DNA from: Candidatus Latescibacterota bacterium
GTDB taxonomy: Bacteria; Latescibacterota; UBA2968; UBA8231
Direction of reading: 5' to 3'
DNA length: 64,000 nucleotides
Assembly: GCA_964291625.2 (NCBI GenBank)
Contig: OZ220089.1
Location: forward strand, 4,416,001 to 4,480,000
The position numbers were made by a program, and so were the translations under genes. Positions 34,718-42,736 of this stretch are shown one piece after another; within the stretch, counting starts at the first letter, position 1, and each line of letters starts with the position of its first letter. The notes beneath the pieces were generated by a model. It saw nothing but the letters and a program-made list of their open reading frames with translations, was not told the DNA's origin and made no database searches.

Positions 34718-37414
34718 TCAGCCGATGAAGATCCTGAAGAAGTACTGCAGGGAGCCGCTGCCGGGCCGCTCGGATCCGGTGTACTGATACTCGACGCGGT
34801 AGGTGCCCATGAGCAGGACCAGGTCGTAGCCCAGGTAGTTGCTCCGGTTCTGGATCATCGCCGTGTAGGTCAGGCGCGTGTACTGACTCTCGGGCCGCAC
34901 CGCGTAGGAGACCTTCTCGCGCCAGAAGGGGAACCCCTGGATGCCGGTCTTGAGCTCGGTCCTGGGGGTGATCTCGTAGTCGGCGCGCAGAATCGGCATG
35001 ACCCGTCGGCTCTGGGAAGAGGGCAGTTGCCGCTCCGGCGAGGTGCTGCGGTAGTAGAGGTGCTTGAACTGGGGCCGGACGGTCAGCCTTCCCCGCCTCC
35101 AGGTGTAGTCGATCTTGTTCATCATCGAGACGCCGGTGTAGCGGCCCGGCCTGGTGATGAAGGGATCGGCCACGGGGTCCCCCTCCAGCTCGGAGAAGCC
35201 GAAGGTGATGATGTTGCGGAGGTTGACCTCGGGCACGGCCATCAGGCCGGTCTCGAAGAAGGTGTAGTTGCTGACCGTGTCCCGGCTTCCCAGCCGGTCC
35301 GGTCGGAGGGAGCCGACGCTGCCGATGTTGTAGACCGTGTTGCGGATGTCGTCCTCCATCCACTTGACCCGGTGGTTCAGCCGAAGGTAGCCCAGTCCCG
35401 GCCAGTCCCGGCGGTACTGCCCCTCCACGTACTGGGTGCTGTTGCGGCCCCCGACGACCGGCTGGCGCACCCGGTACCACCCCGTCTTCAACTGGGTCCG
35501 CTGGCTCACCTCCACGGTGCCGAAGGCGTGGAAGCCGCGGTGGTCCTGGGGGTAGGCGTAGTCCGGCAGGTTGTCGTTCTCGCGGTAGTCGATGACCCCG
35601 TTGTTGTCGAAGTCGTCGCCGTAGACGAAACCGGACGGCTCGGAGTAGTAACCGAGGAAGGGCTGGCCCGAATCACCGCCGTGCTCGAGGTCCAGGTTGA
35701 AGTCCAGGACCCCGTCGTTGTCCGGATCGAGGCCGGGATAGACGCCCTTGCCGGGATAGCCGAACTGGCCGGCCAGGGGGTCGGAGTAGGGAGCCAGGGG
35801 ATCGTTGTGCTCCACCCGGTCGGGCCAGAAGTCGAGATCGTCGTTGTCCTCCACGAGGGCGAAGGGCGTGTAGAGCCTGCCGCCGACGGACTTCGTGGTG
35901 CGCTGGTTCAGGAAGAGGGGGAACTCCGTGGTATAGTCGTCGGGAACGTCGAAGTACTCGAAACCGAGCCCGGTCCGTTTGCCCACGGGGCGGCTGAGCC
36001 GGAAGTAGAAGGTCGAGCTCTCCCGGCGGTGGCGCTCGGCATCACGGTTGGGGACCTGGAGGAAGCGCAGGCTGCGGGCGAATTCCCCCTCCAGCTGGAA
36101 CCCCAGGGCCTTGAGGTCCCAGTCGAGACCGGCGATGGTCAGACCCGTGGGGAAGCCGTAGCGAAAGTCGACCCGGCGCCGGTTCGATCCCTCCCCGGGG
36201 CGGCCCCTGGCGCGCCGGGCGTTGTACCAGTCGTAGTAGAAGTCGTCCTCGCCCGGGGCCAGGATCGGCACCTGCATGGCCCCCACCACGTCGACGTTGT
36301 AGTCGTCGGCGAGGACGGCGCTGAAGTCGAGGGCGGCCACCGTGTCCGGGATCTCGTACTCGAAGTAGACCACGTCGGTCCCGTCGGCGCGCAGGGGCGC
36401 TCCCCGGGTGGCCAGGGCCTCGGCGGTGATGTCGGTGGTGATGTCGTCCAGCAGGGAGGCGAAGAACCGGTCGCGGCTGGCCTCGACCACGGCCCGCAGC
36501 CAGGAGCGGTTGCGGCGGAGGTAGTCGACCTCGTGGGGCTCGAGCAGGATGGTGCTGGTCGGATCGGAGGTGACCGGGATCTGGCTGATGAGCCCGTCGA
36601 TCCGGCCCACCCGCATAGGCATCACCGGTGTGCCGTCGACGGTCATGGTCAACTCGTGGACCGCGGCGCCCGCGAAGGCGTCGTGGGGGGAGTCGTCGGA
36701 GAAGAACACGAAGACCTTGCGCAGGCCCCCCCGCATGACCCCGGGTATCGTCCCCTTGAGGCTGTTGACCTTGGCGGCGGCCTCGGAGTCGAAGCGATGG
36801 GCGTTGACGTAGGTGGTCCCCAGCTTGAGGAGGCCGCCGATCTGGCTCTCCCAATGGACGCCGAAGAGGCTGCCCCCCCAGATCCGGCGCTCCTCGATGT
36901 TCTGGTCCACCGCCAGGCCCCCGCCGAGAACCACCGGGTCCCGCAGGTGGCTGGCGATGACGCTGAAGCGGCTCTTCCGGGAGGCGCCGTCCCAGCGGAT
37001 CCCGTTGTAGTTGGGCAGGTTCAGCGTCATGGGGGTGAAGAAGGTGCGGATGTGGTCCCCGATGATCAGGCGCGTTGACCAGTTGCCGAAGCCCTCGTTG
37101 GCGATGACCAGCTTCTTGAAGAAGCGCTCGTAGCGGGCGTTGCGGGTCTCGAAGCTGCCCCGGATGCCGGGGGCGTCCCGCCGGATCTCGCTGTACTCGA
37201 TGATGTCGACGCCGTCGATGAGGAGATCGCCGAAGAGGTCGAAGCGCCGGTTCTCCTCCTCCAGGTCGTAGTCCCGGTATCCCGCGGCCCCGTAGTTCTC
37301 GAAGATCTGGTTGGCCCAGAGCCGCCGGAAGTCCCGGGACAGGAACTGCCCATCCGCCAGGTCCGGCGTCAGCCACAGCAGGGTCAGGAGGGTGAGGGCG
37401 AGGGGGGCGCGCAT
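34718..37414 (-). CDS. Barrel-like paralog D (unknown family)
   Basis: Signal peptide; GDHIRTFFTPMT, YVNAH, DDSPHD, VEDNDDLDFWPD...VYPGLD...DFDNNGVIDYREND.LPDYAY; ends FFRIFIG. Confidence 0.85.
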   Translation of the reverse strand: MRAPLALTLLTLLWLTPDLADGQFLSRDFRRLWANQIFENYGAAGYRDYDLEEENRRFDLFGDLLIDGVDIIEYSEIRRDAPGIRGSFETRNARYERFFKKLVIANEGFGNWSTRLIIGDHIRTFFTPMTLNLPNYNGIRWDGASRKSRFSVIASHLRDPVVLGGGLAVDQNIEERRIWGGSLFGVHWESQIGGLLKLGTTYVNAHRFDSEAAAKVNSLKGTIPGVMRGGLRKVFVFFSDDSPHDAFAGAAVHELTMTVDGTPVMPMRVGRIDGLISQIPVTSDPTSTILLEPHEVDYLRRNRSWLRAVVEASRDRFFASLLDDITTDITAEALATRGAPLRADGTDVVYFEYEIPDTVAALDFSAVLADDYNVDVVGAMQVPILAPGEDDFYYDWYNARRARGRPGEGSNRRRVDFRYGFPTGLTIAGLDWDLKALGFQLEGEFARSLRFLQVPNRDAERHRRESSTFYFRLSRPVGKRTGLGFEYFDVPDDYTTEFPLFLNQRTTKSVGGRLYTPFALVEDNDDLDFWPDRVEHNDPLAPYSDPLAGQFGYPGKGVYPGLDPDNDGVLDFNLDLEHGGDSGQPFLGYYSEPSGFVYGDDFDNNGVIDYRENDNLPDYAYPQDHRGFHAFGTVEVSQRTQLKTGWYRVRQPVVGGRNSTQYVEGQYRRDWPGLGYLRLNHRVKWMEDDIRNTVYNIGSVGSLRPDRLGSRDTVSNYTFFETGLMAVPEVNLRNIITFGFSELEGDPVADPFITRPGRYTGVSMMNKIDYTWRRGRLTVRPQFKHLYYRSTSPERQLPSSQSRRVMPILRADYEITPRTELKTGIQGFPFWREKVSYAVRPESQYTRLTYTAMIQNRSNYLGYDLVLLMGTYRVEYQYTGSERPGSGSLQYFFRIFIG

Positions 37415-37444
37415 GGATTTCCCGAGAGTGGCTGGTCCCCGACC

Positions 37445-39586
37445 CTAGTAGGCGACTCCGACCACGCCCGTGGCCACCTCGTCCGGTTCCAGATCGACGA
37501 CGATCCGATACAGGTAGAGCCCCGGCGGCGCCAGCCTGCCCTCGTCATCCAGGCCGTCCCAACGACCCGGGAGGGCCTCGTCCCGGGCGGCGATCGGGGA
37601 GTAGTTGCCGGGGTTGAGGCGGCTCGGCGGCAGGCTGCGCACCAGTCGGCCGCCGACGTCGTAGATCTCTACATGGACATAAGACCCTGACACCCGCCCA
37701 AGGGTGAAGCCCAGGACCGCGAAGTCGTTGGCGCCGTCCCCGTTGGGGGTGAAGACCCCGGGATGGGCCTGCACGTGGTCGAGGATGGGGATGTCGAAGT
37801 CCGCCGCCTCGGCAACGGTCGTGTACGGGAGCTCGGTGGCCGGATCGGTCCCCTGGCGCCTGTCGATCTGGAGGGAGGCGGCCTGCCCCGGAGCGAAGAC
37901 CAGCGCCTTGAACTCGTGGTTGGCGGAGAGCAGGCGCGTGGTGAAGGGGATGACGACCTCCGTCGTCCCGGTAGCCGAGGTGATCGGCGGGTCGAAGGTC
38001 AGCACGAGGGAGTCGGAGGTGGCGTAGCTGGAGGCGATGGCCGCCTCTCCCAGACCTTGCACGCCGCCGGCCTCGAGCCGGGCCGGCCAGGGGGTCAGGA
38101 TGGCCAGACGCTCCACGCCCGCATCGTCCTCCCCCACCTCGAGCTGCAGGGTATAGGTGAAGAGCGTATCGACACCGATGGACGCCCGCGCCGGGGAGAT
38201 GGAGCCGGCCGCAAGGGTGGCGGGAAAGGGACCCTCCTCGAACCAGATCACCAGGCTGTCCAGCCGCGGCGTGGCGTCGAGGATCCGGGCCAGCATGCGC
38301 GCCTCGAACTGGAGGTAGTTCCGCGGCTCGGGCACGGTCAGAGCGACCTCGGACCGGCCGCTCCAGGGCGACCACTCGCTCCAGCTCTCCCCGTCGTCGC
38401 CGCTGCGGAAGCGAAGCTCCATCTCGGTGTTGTCGGGGACCTCGCCATGGCGGACGGCGCGCTCGAAGTTCTTGGTCGTCGAGGTGCCCAGGTCCAGCGG
38501 CGGGGAGAGGTATGATCCCCTGTCGTCCCGCCCCCGGGCGAAGACCTCCAACTCGCCGACTTTGGGGTTGGCGTCCCTCGAGCTGAACTCGGTGATGTAG
38601 AGCCTGACGTGACGGGCAGGGGTCGGCGGAAAGGAGACCTCGCTCTCGCGGTAGGTCGTGATCTGGTGGCGCGCCCCCACTTCGCGGTATCCGATGCCGT
38701 TCTGGCTGATCAGGACGCTGTAGCCTCTCAGGGAGAGGTCCTCGTAGGTGTCGTTGCGGCCCGGGGGCTCGGTGATGACGCGCACCCGCTCCAGGAGCAG
38801 GAGCCGGCCGAGGTCGGTGCGGAAGCCCTGCCCCAGGGAAGCCGATCCCTTGCGGAAGGCGACGCCCTTGGTGATGTCACCATCCACGAGGTTCGGGTCG
38901 GAGGTCCGGGAGTTGAGGGCCATGTTCTGGCCCTCCAGACTGCGCAACTGCAGCCCCTGCTCCTGGCCCGACAGGCCTCCCGGGAAACCGGCGACACTGC
39001 CGGCCCGGGTCAGGTCGAGATCCTCGAACTCCACGAAGTCCCCTGGCTCCAGGGTCCCCTGCTGCGCGGCCTGCCAGGTGATGAGCCGCCCGTCCTCCTC
39101 GTGCTCGTCCAGCTTGCTCAGCTTCAGCTTGGTCCAGCCGTCCTCCTCGTTGGGCAGGCGATCTCCGGACCAGAACCAGGGCATGGAGCGGTCCGTGGGA
39201 GAGCTTACGAACTGCTCCGTCTCCCCGTCGACGACGAGATAGACGCCGTACGGGCTCAGGGTGCCGTCGTGGTCGACGACCACGGCCACCTGGTTCTCCT
39301 TCCTCTTGAAAGAGAGGTCGGTCCAGACCTCGACGGTGACGGGATCGTCATCGCTCCCCACCAGCTCGCCGTTGAGGTAGAGGGAATAGGTCCCGCCCGC
39401 GGTGATCCGGATCTGGCCGTCCTGCTTCTCGAGAAACTCGGGGAAGCCGAGGTAGTGAGTCGTGGAGGGCCAGGTGGAGATCGAGACGCTGGACAGGTCC
39501 TGGGCGGCGAGCCCGCTGCAGGACAGGAAGAGTCCCGCAGCGGCCAGGGCTCGCGCCCAACGGCCGGGGTGTCTGGAATTCTTCAC
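37445..39586 (-). CDS. Secreted discoidin-like + FlgD-Ig protein (paralog 4)
   Basis: GTG 39586 with GAGGT RBS (alternative ATG 39616); LVDGD...TDLGRLLLLERVRV, LSPPLDLG, LRFRSG..WSEWS, NYLQ, FTPNGDGAND, WDGLDDEGRLAPPGLYLY; ends VVGVAY. Confidence 0.85.
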   Translation of the reverse strand: MKNSRHPGRWARALAAAGLFLSCSGLAAQDLSSVSISTWPSTTHYLGFPEFLEKQDGQIRITAGGTYSLYLNGELVGSDDDPVTVEVWTDLSFKRKENQVAVVVDHDGTLSPYGVYLVVDGETEQFVSSPTDRSMPWFWSGDRLPNEEDGWTKLKLSKLDEHEEDGRLITWQAAQQGTLEPGDFVEFEDLDLTRAGSVAGFPGGLSGQEQGLQLRSLEGQNMALNSRTSDPNLVDGDITKGVAFRKGSASLGQGFRTDLGRLLLLERVRVITEPPGRNDTYEDLSLRGYSVLISQNGIGYREVGARHQITTYRESEVSFPPTPARHVRLYITEFSSRDANPKVGELEVFARGRDDRGSYLSPPLDLGTSTTKNFERAVRHGEVPDNTEMELRFRSGDDGESWSEWSPWSGRSEVALTVPEPRNYLQFEARMLARILDATPRLDSLVIWFEEGPFPATLAAGSISPARASIGVDTLFTYTLQLEVGEDDAGVERLAILTPWPARLEAGGVQGLGEAAIASSYATSDSLVLTFDPPITSATGTTEVVIPFTTRLLSANHEFKALVFAPGQAASLQIDRRQGTDPATELPYTTVAEAADFDIPILDHVQAHPGVFTPNGDGANDFAVLGFTLGRVSGSYVHVEIYDVGGRLVRSLPPSRLNPGNYSPIAARDEALPGRWDGLDDEGRLAPPGLYLYRIVVDLEPDEVATGVVGVAY

Positions 39587-39700
39587 TGGTACACCTCGTG
39601 TGGAGAAGGGAGTCATCGCTGAACCGGTCTCGCCGCCGGACCGAGAAGCAGAATCAAGGCGGGACGTACCGACTCACCACGCCGGAAGTCCCGAAAAAGG

Positions 39701-39739
39701 AAAAAAAAAGGTGCCGCCGGCAGCGAGCCGGCGACACCT
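39701..39739 (-). terminator. Rho-independent terminator after 39751-41643
   Basis: Minus strand GC stem AGGTGTCGCCGGC-loop-GCCGGCGGCACCT followed by a T9 tract. Confidence 0.85.
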
Positions 39740-39750
39740 CCAGTTCCCTC

Positions 39751-41643
39751 TTACTTGAGGAGGGTGACCTTCTTGTTCAGTCTCAGATCGGGGCCCTCGA
39801 TCCGATACAGATATACACCGGAGGCGACGGCGGCCCCACTCTCGTCGGTGCCGTCCCAGGTGATGTCGAAGTTGCCCGGGCCCAGGCGCTCGTCGGCGAG
39901 GGTGGCAACCTTCTGTCCCTGCTCGTTGAAGACCGTTACCCGGATGTCGGCCGACCAAGGAAGGGAGAAGTGGACCGTGGTCTCCGGGTTGAAGGGATTG
40001 GGGTAGGCCTCGCTCACCTTGTAGTCACTGGGCACCGGCCCGAACACTTCCGAGATGCTGCTGGGCACGCCCAGGTTCACCTTCTTCTGGTCGTACGGAT
40101 AGTGGGCGAGGGGATGGGTCGGCGAGATGGTGACGTCGTTGGAGACCCAGTCGTTGGACGGGATGGCGTCGCCGAAGCCGCCGATCTGCATGTGCAGGCC
40201 GTCCCAATCGGTGTCGTCGTCGATGATACAGACGTACTGGGACCAAGTGAGAGGCGTGTTCTTGGGCTCGAACTTGAAGAGGCCGGAGCCGTCCTGGCCC
40301 AGCATGGCGCCGAAGCTGGTGTTGTCGCGGCCGTTCTCGCAGACCGAGACCCACCCGTCGGGGGCCGAGAACAGGGAGTACTTGAAGTTCGGGGCCTCGG
40401 TGTGGCCGTAGATCAGGTCGCCGAAGGTGCCGTCGGCGCTGTTGTAGGCCTGTGTGTCGCCGAAGCCGTCACCGTTGCGGTTGGCCCACTTGAGGTTGCC
40501 GTCGTAGTCGAAGCGGGCGATCACCGAGGTGTGGTGGGAGGTCATGGTGAGACCCCAGGGATCGGGCGAGCCATCGTAGAAGGCGGCCAGCTCCATGGGT
40601 CCGCCCACGCGGTCGGCGCCCTTGTTGTCGTACAGGAAGAGGTCGGTCATGTCCCAGCTGGAGACCTTCTCGCCCGTCTCGATGGAGTACCCGGCGAGCT
40701 GGGCCTCGGTGCCCGAGACGCCCGCGGTGAGGTAGGCGATGCTCTTGTCGGGATTGCTGGCGATCGTCCTCTGACCGGCGCTGCCTCCGAGGTCCTCGAC
40801 GTTGATGACGCCGTTGACGCCGCCGAAGTCTTCGCCCCAGTCCTCGACGGTGGAAACGCGGTTGGCGTCCCAGTCGATGGTCAGGCGCTCGAGGAAGTTG
40901 CTCTGGCCGATGGCGATGGCCTCGCTGTAGTCGTCATTGAGGAAGACCGCCGAGAGGGGCCTGGCGCCGCCGGCGTCGGAAACGGCCGACAGGTCCATGG
41001 TGTCGTAGCCCTCGAAGTTCTCGACCCAGTCGTTGTTCATGTCGTTGACGAAGTTGAAGTCGAAGATCTGCTCCCGGCCGAGGTCCCAGTACGGGCGCCC
41101 GGGGGCCCCCAGCTTGCGGAAGACGGCGCCGGCCACCAGGTGGGGGAAGGCCTCGTCGTCCCAGGCGGCCAGGTGCAGGGTGTAGGAGCCGGCGGGGACG
41201 ACGTTGCCGTCGTTGTCGCGGCCGTTCCAGGTGATCGTGTTCTCGCCCTCGTCCATGCGCTCGCCCGCGGACTTGTAGACGAGGTAGTCGACGCCTTCGT
41301 ACACGTGCCAGCCGGGCTGGTCGCGCACGGGATCCTTGTAAGGAGCATCACCCTCGCCCTCGATGGTCAGGGGCGGGTTCTGGCCGGAGGTGTAGACGAT
41401 GAGCCAGACGGTGGCCCCGCTGCCTTCGAGCGAGAAGTTGACCTCGAGATCCGAGCCGTCGAAGGCATAGTCGGGGAAGTCCGACAGGCCTTCGATCTTG
41501 AGCACGGTCGGCGGGCCACCGCTGGTCATGTCCGAAAGGGACGTGACGTCGGGGTTGCCGGCGTGCAGGAACTGGGCGCTCGCGGTTCCTGCGAGGAACA
41601 GGAGCGTTGCCGCACCCGCGATGCCGATGCGTCTGAGATGCAT
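39751..41643 (-). CDS. Secreted protein with internal FlgD-like domain and T9SS-type-A-like/FlgD C-terminal domain
   Basis: Start MHLRRIGIAGAATLLFLAGTASA; internal ITWNGRDNDGNVVPAGSY; C-terminal YPNPFNPETTV.F...WDGTDESG..VASGVYLY...KKVTLLK. Confidence 0.85.
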   Translation of the reverse strand: MHLRRIGIAGAATLLFLAGTASAQFLHAGNPDVTSLSDMTSGGPPTVLKIEGLSDFPDYAFDGSDLEVNFSLEGSGATVWLIVYTSGQNPPLTIEGEGDAPYKDPVRDQPGWHVYEGVDYLVYKSAGERMDEGENTITWNGRDNDGNVVPAGSYTLHLAAWDDEAFPHLVAGAVFRKLGAPGRPYWDLGREQIFDFNFVNDMNNDWVENFEGYDTMDLSAVSDAGGARPLSAVFLNDDYSEAIAIGQSNFLERLTIDWDANRVSTVEDWGEDFGGVNGVINVEDLGGSAGQRTIASNPDKSIAYLTAGVSGTEAQLAGYSIETGEKVSSWDMTDLFLYDNKGADRVGGPMELAAFYDGSPDPWGLTMTSHHTSVIARFDYDGNLKWANRNGDGFGDTQAYNSADGTFGDLIYGHTEAPNFKYSLFSAPDGWVSVCENGRDNTSFGAMLGQDGSGLFKFEPKNTPLTWSQYVCIIDDDTDWDGLHMQIGGFGDAIPSNDWVSNDVTISPTHPLAHYPYDQKKVNLGVPSSISEVFGPVPSDYKVSEAYPNPFNPETTVHFSLPWSADIRVTVFNEQGQKVATLADERLGPGNFDITWDGTDESGAAVASGVYLYRIEGPDLRLNKKVTLLK

Positions 41644-41815
41644 GAGACTGTCTCTCCGGAATTGGATGGAAGGGGGATGGTGAGCGATCGTGAGCGATCT
41701 CGGTTGTTCGCCCCGAGACACGGAACTGGCGAACCCTCTCTGATGTTACGCGAAAACAGTCAGTTACGGGCTCTGGCCAAAGCGCACGCCGGGCCGAACC
41801 GGGAAAACAGTGCGA

Positions 41816-41843
41816 AAGGTAGGTCCCCTACCCCGGAAGTCAA
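41816..41843 (-). promoter_or_regulatory. Putative sigma70-type promoter for 39751-41643
   Basis: TTGACT-N16-TACCTT on the minus strand. Confidence 0.5.
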
Positions 41844-41857
41844 GCGATTTCCTCCCG

Positions 41858-42736
41858 TCAGCGGGAGTCGGAGGCCCCGGTGGCGCGCTCGGAGAACACG
41901 GCGACTCCGAACCGCTCGGGAACGTGGAACTGGGGCTTCGGGGTCCCCGAGTCGGACCACATGGCGTACTGACCCGCCGTCCTGCCGGCGCAGCGGTTCA
42001 GGTTGAGGCGCCAGCGGTCGCCGTGGCGGGGCGGGATGCGGCCGCCGAGGTGGCGGAAGTTGTCGAAGGGGATGGCGATCTCGAGGATCCAGCCCGAGTC
42101 CTTGTCGGAATGGTCGTTGAGGGTGCCATCGATGCTGGTTGCGATGCGCACCCCCTCGCTCTGCCACCCGGCTCCCCCGGTGAGCCTCTGGCCGTCCCGC
42201 CAGAAGGTGACGTAGTCCAGCAGAGTCCCGAGCACGTTCATCTCGTAGCCGTAGTAGTTGAAGACGTCATCGGCGTTGGGGGTGGCGAAGATCTCCACCG
42301 TGTCCTCGAGGTAGGTGGCCCCGTCGTGCTCGACGATCTCGGCCCCGATGTAGGGATCTGCGCATTTGTACACGATGAAGAGGTCGGCGGAGCTCCAGAG
42401 CATGCGCGCCTCCGTGGCCTGAACGGGCTCGGCCTCGTCGTGGAGCCAGGGGACGATCAGCTCGATGGGGGCCGCGGCCTGCCAGTCTCGCTCATCGGCG
42501 CGGCCGTCGACGGTGATCCCCGAGGAGACGCGCTCGATCGTGTACGAGGGAAGCCCGGAGGGAAGCGGGAGGACCCGCCCCGGGAGGTCGGAGGCTTCCA
42601 GGCGGAGTCCGGCGCCGAGACAGAGGGCGGCGACCCAACAGGCGAGCGCAGGGCACCCCGCCCGCGCGCGGTCCTCTCCGGGAGAGCGCGGTGGCGTCCG
42701 AGTGCGGCGCGGCCACCGCCGCGGGAGCGCTCTCAT
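41858..42736 (-). CDS. Carbohydrate-binding family 9-like domain protein
   Basis: ATG overlaps the upstream TGA (ATGA). ITVDGRADERDW, TEARMLW, DTVEIF, YYGYEMN..G, GWILEIAIPF, WRLNLNR, FHVPERFG. Confidence 0.8.
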   Translation of the reverse strand: MRALPRRWPRRTRTPPRSPGEDRARAGCPALACWVAALCLGAGLRLEASDLPGRVLPLPSGLPSYTIERVSSGITVDGRADERDWQAAAPIELIVPWLHDEAEPVQATEARMLWSSADLFIVYKCADPYIGAEIVEHDGATYLEDTVEIFATPNADDVFNYYGYEMNVLGTLLDYVTFWRDGQRLTGGAGWQSEGVRIATSIDGTLNDHSDKDSGWILEIAIPFDNFRHLGGRIPPRHGDRWRLNLNRCAGRTAGQYAMWSDSGTPKPQFHVPERFGVAVFSERATGASDSR

